A DNA stretch of 64,000 nt from Epiperipatus broadwayi (taxonomy: Eukaryota > Animalia > Onychophora): the NCBI GenBank assembly GCA_028023455.1, contig JAQFVV010000008.1, positions 10,416,001 through 10,480,000 of the forward strand. The letters are read 5' to 3'. The notes below the pieces were generated by a model. It had not been told where the DNA came from. It saw only the letters and a list, made by a program, of their open reading frames with translations, and made no database searches. How positions within the stretch are numbered: position 1 is the first letter of the stretch; each line of letters starts with the position of its first letter. Position numbers and translations under genes: made by a program. Below, piece by piece: positions 12,960-25,092 of this stretch.

Positions 12960-14290
12960 TAGTATAGTAATAAAGAGCAAAAAAGACAATTAATCATTAC
13001 ATCGTCTGAATTGTCAAGCATTTTAAATGAAAAGGTGGACATAAAATCTATAAAAAAGGGAAAAGCTCCAGGCAATGATGAGATTATTATTATTGATATC
13101 TTAAAATGAGCACGTGATGGAATAAGAAAATGACAGGAAATACTATATATTAAAAACGATAAAAAGGAATCAGATAATTAAATAAATGCAATAATAATTT
13201 TGATATTTAAGAAAAATGATAAAGAAATTAGATATTACAAATCTTTCAAATCTTCTACAATGAACTTTAGATTCAAACCAAACAAAAATCAAACTGGATT
13301 TAAAAATAAATTTAGCACAGTGGATCCAATCCAAAATATTGAAAGAAATTATAGAAAGCATTAATGAAAATGAGTTGCTATTATCCTTTGGATTTATAGA
13401 TTATATAATGGCATTAGAAATAAGTATTTACACAAGGATTAAAGCTTTAGACCATCCAATATATTGACCCAGAATATTGTCATACTCTGAAAATATTTAG
13501 AAAAATTTTAAAAATACAACAGTAGTGATTAAATTTATGGTAATGATAGGGTGATTCCATAACTCCAAAACTTTTTGCAGCAATTTTAAAAAAATATTTT
13601 GTGCTTTAAAAATGAAAAGTCATCTAAATTTTATAGATATGATTGTTTTGAAGATAATGCTTTGGAGCTACAGGAAATGCAAAAATTATCAGATGAAATT
13701 AGAAGTAAAAGTAAATAGTCTAAAGATTAAAGCAATCTTTGATAGTTTTTCTCAGTCAGAATAAAAAATAAAAATTGATGAATTAGAAGAAGTTAATAAT
13801 TATAACTATCTTGGTCTGATTATTAATACAGATGGAAGCAATGAATGAAATTAATCATAAATTTAAATTTGGATGAAATGTTTTTCATAGAAATAACATA
13901 TTTAAAAAAACAATTTTTTAATAAATGTGTTTTAACTGTTTGTCTTTATAAATCTGAGACTAGGACACTTTTCAGAAGAACACTTTCAGAAATTTTAGAT
14001 TACTCAACAAAGTAAGGAGAGTTGTATGTTGAGAATAAAAAAGAAGTGATTGAAAGTAAAAATTTTGGGTGACAAAACAAACAACTACTACTGTCTTTAT
14101 TGAAAGAATTAAAAGACTGAAATGAAACTGGACTGGACATATTTCTCAAAGAGGTGATAGGAGAAGGATAGTTGAAATCTTAAGCTGGATCTCAAGAGAT
14201 TATAAGAGACCAAGAAATAGATCACTGTGAAACGGATAGATGAGACCTTCATCCCATAATGAATTTATAATAGTTGAAAATGATCTTGAT
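12960..14290 (+). mobile_element. RTE-clade LINE reverse-transcriptase remnant
   Basis: Fragments GKAPGNDEI (13058-13083), LLLSFGFIDY, GDSITPKLFAAI, YNYLG, RIKDWNETGLDI and an RP..RW-like C-terminus, interrupted by many stops and frameshifts. Confidence 0.75.
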
Positions 14291-14689
14291 AAATAGCAAT
14301 CATCATATTTCAAGTTACCTAAATAATTTTGAACAATAAATTTATAATATTTTTGTTTTGCTTTTATGATTATTTTCTTCGTTTTATAAATGGAAACAAA
14401 ATTATTTAAAAATTAAAAAAAAAAAAAAATCTTCTTGAAATAATATATTTTCGAAATTTTTTAGCTATGCATTTACAAACTGAAAGTCAAACAGATTTTT
14501 AAAAATAACAATTAATGAAATAATTTTAAAAAAAATCAAATTATTGAGTTAATTTGCATGTACTTTATGTCAATTTAATAAAAATATTTGCAATAAGAAA
14601 AACATTAAAATTATAATATTATTGCAATATTTGGTTTAAATATTTGGATTTTCAGATTTAAGCAACTCTAAAGTTATAAATATTATTAA

Positions 14690-14790
14690 ATTAAAGTGGA
14701 TTTGAACCTAGACTTTCAAACTCTCTTTAGCTATTTACTGCATCTTATATAACTGATATACATGACCACATATGAGAGGAATTCCCAAAA
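14690..14790 (-). repeat. Family-C fragment
   Basis: GGATTTGAACCTAGACTTTCAAACTCTCTTTAGCTATT..CATCTT..ATAACTGATA..CATGACC matches 16035-16110. Confidence 0.6.
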
Positions 14791-15644
14791 TAACCAGAAT
14801 TGTTCTCTGGTTTGTGTGCCTGTTGTAGTATATACTTCTGCTGTTACATACATCTTGCAGAAATCCTTCTGCATCAATTTTCCAAATGACATCACTGTGT
14901 GAAGTCGTGGTGCCACATAGTACTTTTTTTTTGTAAAGTGCCTTTCGCATATTAGTCAATTTTTTTATGACTGAAAAGTTTGACAATGTAAAATTCTGTT
15001 TTGATTTACAGAATACTACAAGAAAAAAATTTGTAACACTTGAAAGAGATTATAAGCATGCAGATCTCATAGAAACGCAAGTATATGAGTGATTTAATTG
15101 AAATGTTAAATTTACCATGTTCCTAAGAAGCATCATGAGTGAAGTCCAAAGTCAAAACAATGTTGATTTTTTTCTATGCAAATGACATTTTTTTCTCAGA
15201 TTTAATTTGTAACAGTCAGGTATTTTATCTGCAATTTCTGAAACATTTACATGATGCAGTAAAATGTAAATATTCTATTTTTATGACAAAGAATGCAAAC
15301 TCCACTCCCACAAAGTGTCATCTCTCAAAACCTTGAGTGTGAATACTTTTTAATTAAATTTAGCATGACCCAGCTTATCTATCAGCCATATTCACTCAAT
15401 CTCACTTCAGGCATTTTTTTTAATCTTTCAAAAAATGTCTCCATTTTTTTTTTGTAGACTTAGAATGATAGAGTTGTTAAAATGCATCACTTTGCATCTG
15501 TTTCTAGACCACTACTTCGAAAAGTGGCACTGTTTTAGACATGTATTGCATTAAATAGATTATACTTTTTAAAGTGATTCAATTTAAAACTCTTAAAAAT
15601 AAATATATAATTTATTATTACAAAATTTTGGTTACTTTTGGGTC

Positions 15645-16235
15645 CCCCTGTGTACATGTGAAAAAGATAAATGATCTTCACTAAATGTATAATGTGTTAA
15701 ACCATATATATATATAATATATATATATATAGTGTTCAGTTTATATTAAGATGTCAAATTTTCAAACTTTAATGGACAGGCTTCAGTCTTTTCCATCTAA
15801 CAACTCTTCATCCACTCATATTATTGAAAATCTGATGGAGGGATGCTCAAAGCCCTTGTTGATGCCAAGATTATTGTCATGTCCATGTTGATTTTAAGTC
15901 ACTATGATCTTCCATATATAGGACTTTAATATGTCCATTTAAATAAAGCAGAAGAGGGAAGAGCAGAATTCAGGCTGAATCTGTAATATTTGAATAGAAG
16001 TATAATGTATATAGTGAAAATTTTAGATGTAATTAAAAGGAACTTGAACACAGACTTTCAAGCTCCCTTCAGCTATCCATTCCATCTTAAATAACTGATA
16101 CATATGACCGCATACATGTGAAAAAGATAAATGATATCCAATATATGTATTTCATGCTGAACCAGCACTCATCAGTTGGTCTAGATCATCATATAATCAG
16201 TGCTCAGTTTATATTAAGATAGAAAAATCATTACA
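15645..16235 (-). mobile_element. Family-C tandem (period ~460-470 bp), an old retrozyme-like repeat with a hammerhead
   Basis: CATGTGAAAAAGATAAATGAT at 15655 and 16115; CAGTTTATATTAAGAT at 15737 and 16205. Intact HHR in the distal unit; TA-rich decay at the same position in the proximal unit. Homologous to 54815-55150 and 35755-35900. Confidence 0.75.
16138..16179 (-). ncRNA. Minimal type I hammerhead ribozyme (family C)
   Basis: Minus strand reads CCAA CUGAUGA GUGCUG guu CAGCAU GAAA UACAUA UA^ UUGG: 4-bp stem I, 6-bp stem II, complete core, near-palindromic stem III, predicted AUA cleavage site. Confidence 0.8.
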
Positions 16236-17665
16236 TTTAAATTCAAATATTAAATATTATTAAAGAAAATTTATCTGAATCGATTAAATTTAAATATTCT
16301 CTTAACAAAGGTCTAATATTTGTAAATTTTCTTAGCATTTAATGTCTATTTTTTTTTTTTCATTATGAGCTATCACAACTTTGATAATACTCCAGCAAAA
16401 TAATATCTTTGATTTAGTGAAAAAATTTCAAGGTCTCATTCGCAATATAGGTAGATTAATTCTTGGCAAAGTCATAATAATATTAATGATGATTAATAAA
16501 ATGTGTAATATTCCATTCAGGATAGCTATCGTCGACAAACACTCTAATTCTATAATTCTGTTAGTAACTCAATATTTTTCTGTAAATTTAAGTGCAACGG
16601 ATTTAATTAAATTTGTTTAAATGTTTTATAAATTATTTTAGCAAATACTTTTCCTTTTATTAATATTTTTCTTTATAGTTTTTATGTCGTTTAAACTCTA
16701 ATTAGTTCATTATCTACCTTATCTCTACAAAGCTATTTACATATTCATTTCTTTTTAGTTAATTAATGTGACATGCTTACCAAAAAATATATTCAATAAA
16801 TATTCAAAACACCAATTTACTTTTTTTTTTATAGTTAAAATTATTTACTACATCATTGAAACATTTTATTTTATAATATTTTAACTTTGCTTTTATCAGA
16901 ATATTTTCAACTATTTTTATTTTCTTTTTAAAAGTGTGTTTATATACACGCACATAATTAATTGTCACAACATATATACATAATTATATTGTATTTTCAT
17001 TGTCTAAGCATTAAAATTCTGTTTTAAAATATATCTGCTCTAATATGAATATCTGAGATTAATTTTATACATTTAAAATGGTAGAATACACCTCAGTTCT
17101 AAAATATTTGTCATATTTTCTGTAATTGTGTTAAGAATTTTTACATAAAGGTTTTTGATTTAAATCCTTTTTTTTTTTTTTTTTTTTGGAAATTTAGATT
17201 ATTTTCAAAAAAAAACAAAACATTTTTTACATTTGCAAAATGGTATACTAAACTGATCCATCTATCGTATTACTTTTCAATTTTTACGGTTTTTTTTTTT
17301 AAATTGAATACTAGTTTTTAAAGCTAATATTGAATATATTTTGACTTGGAGAAATCACTCTTTCTTTATTCAGAATCATATCAAATATTTTTAAATAGAG
17401 CAAACCTTGTTTCACGTAATGTCAACTATTTGAACACTCAAGTATCAGATATATCATTTCCATTCAGTTACCAGACTCTTTTTTTTTCACTTTCTTTAAT
17501 TGAAGATTACTCTGTGTGTTTTGTTGCAATTGTAATGTGATAGACTTAAAAGCTAAAGATTTCTGAGTAGAAATTCAAATTGTCATTATTGATGCTTGAT
17601 GAATTAATCATTCAATTATATAAGTGGAAAATGATCCAGAAATTTTTAATTTAAACCACTAAACA

Positions 17666-17792
17666 TCACATGATCACCATTTCCTACGCTTGCTCATAAC
17701 TGTTATTAAAACAGGCAAAAACTCTTCATACAGTAGTGCCAGTTAGTGCAAGCCAGAGTGGCACTACTATTTGGAGAATTTTGCCTGTTTAA
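17666..17792. repeat. Family-B terminal fold-back
   Basis: TCACATGATCACCATTTCCTACGCTTGCTCATAACTGTTA followed by the hairpin TTAAAACAGGCAAAAACTCTTCA..TGGAGAATTTTGCCTGTTTAA. Same terminus as 24937 and 56340. Confidence 0.8.
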
Positions 17793-17837
17793 ATTTTTAA
17801 TTTCTGAGTTAATCACTGTTATCATTAGGTTAAGTGC

Positions 17838-18205
17838 TCAGAACAGTAGAGTTAAAAAAGATTAAATAAAAAATGGAAGAACATCATTGTGGAGATTGAT
17901 GATGTATCGACAGAGTGGCAAGATTAGTTATTCAACTTAATAACAGATATTAAATGCAGATAATTCAAATTTATGCCCAAACAAGTTCTCATTGTGATGA
18001 AAAAGTAGAGAATTTTTATATAAATATATAAAAGGCTTTTGATCAGACCAAACAACATTTTGAAATTGTCATGGGAGACTTTAATCCTAGAATTAATAAA
18101 CAATTGAATGATGAAAATACTGTAGGTAAATTTGGTTATGGTGATAGAAATGAGAAAGGACATAGACTTGTGGAGTTTACAGAAAAAGAAAAACTTTATA
18201 TCATG
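17838..18205 (+). mobile_element. RTE-clade LINE AP-endonuclease remnant
   Basis: Translation MQIIQIYAQTSSHCDEKVENFY..IVMGDFNPRI..VGKFGYGDRNEKGHRLVEFTEKEKLYIM, typical of RTE APE. Confidence 0.85.
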
Positions 18206-19129
18206 AAAATGATGATGACGATGATGCTGTTAAATGTTTTATTGTTATAACAAATAGATTAGTGAAATGAGTTGGTTGATTTTAAGTGTCTATTTAAATT
18301 TAGAAATGTAGGCTTTTCATTATTAATGTAATTCATGGAATTTATTTTTTTTCCCAAACATTAAATACAATGAAATTTCTATCTTCTGGTGCTATTTGAG
18401 AAATAATGATTCTCTTTATTTGTTATTCTGAAAGAATAAATTGACAAAAATCATGACTCTATCAAAAAAAAGTCAGTTTTTCCTTTGCAACTAATAAGAA
18501 AATATTTGTATTCCCCCAAAATATATTTTTTTAAATAATAAACATGTAAATAGTTTATTATATGTAATAATGCTATGATACACCAGTAAAACTATAGGGA
18601 GCCAAGGACTCCAGCTGACTCTGTTACTGGCTCCACATTTTAGTTCCATTTTTCTTAGTTTAGGGAATTAAATGTCCTTAAAATTATTTCTATTTAAAAG
18701 AGTAGCTTCTTATCTCTCTTTTCAGACACAAATTATCTCTCCAGATGATCACAACATTTGATTATCACCAACAGTAAATCATATCATGGATAAAGGCAGC
18801 AAAATATTGTCAAAATTCAATCAGTCATTTTAACTTCTACATTACCCTATATAAATCAACATTTGCTTTCTAAAACTTTGAATTGACTTTCGAATTCTAG
18901 AATTGATAAATCATCCTGAATTGTAACATTAGATTACTATCAACAGTTAATCACTTCATGAATTAATGCAACCAAAACAATACTGTCTAATTGCAATTTG
19001 TCATTTTAAGTTCTACATTACACTATGTAAATTAACAGTTGCCTTGCTTATCTTTGAATTGATGGTTATATAGCATATAATATAAGTGTGTATTTCCTAA
19101 TATATATATTAAAAGTTCTTGATTTTGAT

Positions 19130-20050
19130 AACAAAAGAAAAACTTAGTTGCCAGCCATTGAAAGTTCTTGTGATTTTTGCTATGATTTGTGTTGGGGATT
19201 GAGGCAGGTATTTCACTCATCCTTCCCACTGGGGTGGGTGACTCTTGTGGTTGGGAGGGTCCCAGGGCCTTGTGCCCCAGCCATTGGGAGGCTGTCTGGG
19301 TTGTGAATGCTTTGGAGATCGATACCAGCATTGATTTTCTCGTTTCAGTGGGGGATGATGTGTTTCATTGAGCTCTGGTTTCTGTATTTTGCAGTGTGAA
19401 TCAGCAGTTATTTTATAACATTGGAATTCTATCAATAGTTATCAATCTTATGGATGAATGTTTCTAGATTTTATTGGATAAATTATGGGCAAATCAATCT
19501 GTCAATTGGTTTTCTGCAAAAAACCTTGTAAATCAACAGTTACTATGTAAAACTGTGAAGTGTTCTTCAAATTGAACATAATGTATTCCAGCCATTGAAA
19601 ACTTAAGAGATTGCTGCTGTGATTTTACCTTTTGTTTAAAACTACTGATTGACTCATCTTTGTTGCCTGTATGGGGGACTCTGGTGGCTGGAAGGCCCCT
19701 AGAGCCTAAGTCCTAGTTTTCAGGCTAGCTATGATGAGTGCGTGAGGGGATCATTACTGGCATAGATTTTTTTCATTTCTTGGGCGATGAGGGTGATATT
19801 ATTCATGGTGGTTGGAATTTTGTATTGCACTGTGTAAATCAACAATTAACTTGGATTGACCACAGTTTCACTCATCTTTGCTGTCTAGATGGAAGAATCT
19901 GGGAGTTGGAGGGTTTCCAGGGCCTAAATCTGAGCACTATGGGGGTAACTGGGATGAGGGTATGAGGGGATTGTTTCAGGCACTGGTTTTCTCTTTTTCT
20001 GAATGGGGGAAATGATGTGTCCATTGCAGTTTAAATTTTTCAGTTATAGT
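19130..20050. repeat. Three diverged, irregularly spaced copies of a GC-richer module of unknown origin
   Basis: Recurring GACTC..GTGG(T/C)TGG(G/A)AGG..CC.AG(G/A)GCCT at ~19240, ~19677 and ~19895; recurring ACTCATC(C/T)TT at ~19216, ~19652 and ~19870. Confidence 0.6.
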
Positions 20051-20510
20051 ATATGAATCAACATTTACCAAGTAAAATGACAAGTTAAACTTTGTGTGGC
20101 ACATGATATAATCATGTAAACTTGAAGATTTATAACAAGATAATTAACATCACCGAACCTTTTTCTTCTTTGAATATCATTTAATGTATCCTATTTTTAA
20201 CCTTATCATATGATTTGTCAACAAATTACAGAATAAAATTTCCTATATTTTATAAAAAAAAAAATTTAATGTAATTCTTTATTTTAAAAAACAAACAAAT
20301 AATTAGTCTTATTAATTTATATTCAAAGAAGAAAATATTGAAATTATTGAAAGTATAATATCTGAAATTATAATGTTTCTGTAATGATCTTCCTAGCTAT
20401 CAAAACCACTAACAATACTATAAATTACAAATAAATTTTAATAATAGGGGGGGGGGTAATTGATTTTAAAAAAAATTCACGAAATATAATAAAAATGTAT
20501 CAAATAAAGC

Positions 20511-20603
20511 GTCTTGCATTGGTGGTCGAGAGGTCAGCGCAACTGCCTTGCACTTGCAGGCAGTTGCCCGGGTTGCGGCCGATGCTATGACACTTAAAAA
20601 AAA
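20511..20603 (+). mobile_element. Short tRNA-Gly-derived SINE, copy with the B-box region deleted
   Basis: Nearly identical to 52667-52772 but lacks about 13 nt around the B box. Has an A tail and a short flanking AAAGC repeat. Confidence 0.85.
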
Positions 20604-22639
20604 GCATATTCTTTACTTTTTAATCCAGAAAGTAATAATTAAAATATGATAATAATAATTAAGATAAAACTTCTCAATTAAATTCTTAAATTAATAATAA
20701 TAATAATAACTATTCTAAAATCCATAGTGTTCTTTCAAATTTTTTCAATTGTTGTGAAAATATAGTTACTATATAAGTTAAATGAATTTATTTTTACTAA
20801 TTCATCAGGATTTATTCTAATCTAACATGATGGGCAGTTTCAAGATCAGTTAGCTTTAATATATAAGAGGAAAAGAAAAAGAATGTAACATGATATCTGA
20901 ATTTATAAACTTTATTTTTGTTTATTTAATATCAATCAGCAAAGATGATTTACTAACTTATTGTTACTTCCTGTAATGTATCTACATTTGAAACTCGTAA
21001 GATAAAATCACTTTTATTGTACAGTGTGAGCATTTGAATTTCTATTTACACGAGTTTTTTTTTTCAACATTGTTAAATAATAAATATACTCTTTGGATAT
21101 AAACTATTACCATACTGACATTTAGCTTATCACTAATTATTATAATAATCCTAAAAATTTCTATTTTTCCAAAGAATATATTGGTTTAGCTTTTTAGTCC
21201 ATCTACTTTATATCAACAAAATAAAATTATTATTAACGCAGCTGATGAATTAACTCTAATATTTAATGTTTCCTAACTTTTTCTATCTGGGATGTAAATA
21301 TGTCGACATTTATATATTATTTGATTATTATTCTATTTTAAATATAAACAATATGTATTTAAAATTTTATAAATATAATAATAGAAAAACAGTATATTTA
21401 TATTCTATAAACATTAGTGCGTATGATTTTGTATAATAAACTTGTTTTAGAATAAAAAATAAATATAGCCAATAACTGTTAAGTACTATACAAGTTGTCT
21501 TTTATCAAGCAAAACCTATATCCAAAATGTTTCAAATTAAAATTTCAAATTTTCACGGAAAATATTTTTTTTATTGATATTTTTAAATCAAAATTTTAAA
21601 TATATTTTTAAATTGTTCAAAAAGACTTTATAGTAAGAAATACGATAAAACTACAAACATCATTTACGTAAATATGTTTTTTTTTTTTCACCTGAAGAAA
21701 GATGGAGTCTCACGGTATAGAATGCAGTGACTAAGTTATAGTGCACTACTCCGTCATTATAATTTGTTCTAGCAAATCAGTGTTTAGAGCTGTAATCCAA
21801 AACATTGATAAACTTTTTATATAGTTTGTATAATCATTAAGAAATAAAAATATTTAATTTCAATTTGCAATGTATTTTTGCTTTGACTGATATAAAAAGT
21901 AAGTTAATTGTTTCATTTGTCAATTTATTTATTAATTAGTTGTTTTAAAAATAAAACAAAAACTAAAGATACATTATAAATCAAATAAAGCATTGCATGA
22001 TTTTCTCACTTATTTTCAATATTTACGAAAATATATGGTTATGAAGAAAATTATATAGATTTAATTTTTGTTTATAAATTGTAGACTATAATTACAAAGA
22101 TATATAACCAGTGCAATTTAATAATGGTCATTACAATGCTAAACATTTTTAAAAAGTATGTATTTGACAATAATAAGTAATAATATGCAAATCGTGTTTT
22201 TCATTTTCAATCCATAATTAAGAACCAATTGTTTATTTCTCAATTTATTATTTTATTTTAAAAAAATACTTCAATAATATCAATATTAGATGTATATGTT
22301 TTATTTTAGGGATGATGTTAAATGCATTAATTTCTAGAATTATAAAATAATTTTAATATTATTTGTGAAATAAATTTTAATAAGATTTTTTAAAAAAAAC
22401 TCCCTCTTCCAGTATAATTACTTGAATTACATAACTGGAGAAAAATATTCTATTTTATAAATTTTTAATACTTTAAATCTAAATTGTAAACGCTTAAATG
22501 CTTTCATTATATATATTTTTATTTTTGATCAGTAAGAAGCAGTTCGTGGTATTTTTTTTACAATATAACATATATTCTTGTATTTATACTATTCCAAAGT
22601 TCGTAGTGCCATGTCTAAGTTTGTTCACATGACTATAAT

Positions 22640-23700
22640 CCATGATTGATTATTTTTCCACACAAATTAATGATATTAACTATTTCTATCCTATCCCTAT
22701 GTTTTTTTCTTTAAAAAATAAGGATATATTCCCTGACCCACTTAATAATGTCTGTCCCATCTCCATATCTTCTCTTATAATAAAAACATTAGAATCCTTA
22801 ATAAATGTCAAAAACAGCCCATTATCTTACCTACAATCACCCAATTTCAGTTTGCAAGAAAAGATACATCTATTTTAATTGTAATTCTTTAAACTAGTGA
22901 TCAATCAAATTTATCAAAGTAAAAAAAGTCAACTCAATTGCCATGTAATTGATATCACTTCTGTATTTGATTCAGTATCTGTTTGCAAATTATTTATAAT
23001 TTTTTCTTTTTCCCATACTATATTCACATCACTTTAAATGGCAAAATGAAGTTATATTTACTTTTCACAATTTTATTCCATAAGACTCTCTTTTAAGTTT
23101 TTTTTTTTTTATCACATACATTAACTTCTGTTTTTAGATCAGAAAAAAAAAATATCTGGAATTTGTACTCTTATATTTATCCAATCCATCATAAATATAT
23201 CCTTCATAAATGATTTGATAATTTTCTCCAAATAATACTTTCCACATATCTTTGATATACAAAACAATATGATTTACAATAACTATGAGGATATTTAATG
23301 CCATTGAAAGCACTTATCTTCCATTTTATATATACATTAATTTTCATTCAATTTATAGCTTTTCTTACAAATGCATATCAGTGCATATAACTTTAATTAA
23401 TAAAAATAAATATCTTCACCACTGAATATTCTTTTACCTATTGTATTTCTTTCCATTGTGCTCTCTTTCTTACAAATTGTTGGGATTCTCCTTCCATGGT
23501 CTTATAGGACCTTAAAACTTGAATTTGGAACTTTCATACATCTTCAATTGATAAAAGCATTAATCTAGTTATCCCTTCAAATGATTCCTGATTTTTATGT
23601 ATAAAAAATTATTAATGAGAATCATAGATTAGTAATATTATTTTCTAGTATACAAAACTACATTCCAGTCACCTCCCACATTAAGAACAAATTTTTTTCC
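22640..23700 (+). mobile_element. Highly decayed LINE RT remnant
   Basis: KNKDIFPDPLNNVCPISISSLIIKTLESLI resembles the K..DP.NYRPISL.S...K.LE motif. DITSVFDSV follows, resembling D..KAFD.V. Confidence 0.55.
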
Positions 23701-24936
23701 AACTATCTCAAGCCTTTTTTTCATAATTTCATTAAAAATCAAATGTTGGGATTTTTATAATTTTAGTAATAAATGATAGGCCAGAAAACATTTTACCTTC
23801 TACATTGACAATGACCAACAATTAGACGATTCATAAATTCAGATTTTTGGCAGGCTGGATTTTTTTTGACAAAAATCATTCTTATTAATTTTATTCACTC
23901 TAAGATAATAATCAGTGAAAATTTAGTTGCTGTTTTGTCTGCTTGTAATCATTAAAAAAAAAAAAAAATTAATGAAACATTTTTTTATTTCACCATCATT
24001 TCTTATAATGCTATTATATAATAATCTATTCACTAATGAGATCTTTAATGTCCTTATTAGAATCACATTCTTTCAAATCTTTACACTTTGGTTTCTTGAG
24101 TGTCATTTTATTTTCAATCTCTGTTTTTCAGTAAACTTGTGAACATTAAAAATGCACCTGTAGATATTTCTGTGGCTACTTGAAGTTTGGTCATTTTCTC
24201 ATCACTACTGTAAATATCTATGGATTTTTATTTTATTTATTATCAGAGTTTTTTACAATTCTTTTAATAGAATAATACTCATTTTCATACAATATTATTT
24301 TTATTATATATTGTAATTATCTAAAGTTTCTTTCAATTTTAATTTTTGTACTCTCTCTATATATTTCACTATAATGTCCAATTTTGGAAGAAAGAAAACT
24401 TAGAAGATAATTTAGTTTAAACTTACAATTTGATATATTATATATTACTTACTTTATAACTAAATATATTTGAAGGAAATATATTCACTTTATCACTGAC
24501 TGCTTATCTAGTATAAATAATTATAAAAGATATTTATAATTAGAATACAATTTTTTATGTAAAAAATTATTACATAAAAATGCAATCAAGATATTTATGC
24601 AAAGGTCATAAGTGGATTAAGTGAAAAACTTCATAATATAGTATTGTATAAAACCATCTGCCAAATTCATGATGTGGGGTTTGAATCTAGGCCAAATTTT
24701 ACTAACACATTTGAAGTTTTTCTATCAGTTAGCCAGACTATAACCAGCTCAGCCATACAGTATTGGCTAGTAAATACATATTTGGCTACTATTACTTAAA
24801 AAAAATATTGCATATAATTATTAATACTCTGACTGTAAGAACAACAACAAAAAATGATTATAATATAATGGAGTATTGGCTTTCATCACTGGATCTCGGA
24901 AAAGAGAGTCATTCTTACATCAATACCAAATAAATA

Positions 24937-25092
24937 TCATATGATCACTATTTCTTATGCTTGCTTATAACTATTATTAAAACAGGCAAAACTCTCCAGA
25001 ATTGCCACTCAATGCAAGCCAGAGTAATCAATGGATGCTCTGGCTTGCACTGAGTGGCAATACTGTCTGGAGAGTTTTGCCTGTTTTAATAT
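24937..25092. repeat. Family-B terminal fold-back
   Basis: TCATATGATCACTATTTCTTATGCTTGCTTATAAC followed by a near-perfect hairpin ATTAAAACAGGCAAAACTCTCCAGA..TGCAAGCCAGAG / CTCTGGCTTGCA..TCTGGAGAGTTTTGCCTGTTTTAAT. Confidence 0.85.

Noticed and set aside
15011-15079. Possible 69-bp exon (ttacag/NTTRKKFVTLERDYKHADLIETQ/gtatat)
   Set aside because: Plausible splice sites and an open frame, but no recognisable protein or partner exons; needs RNA-seq.
21692-21770. Possible minus-strand exon ending CAG/GTGAAA, and a plus-strand CTGAAGA
   Set aside because: Weak acceptor and unrecognised peptide; no GAAA for an HHR.
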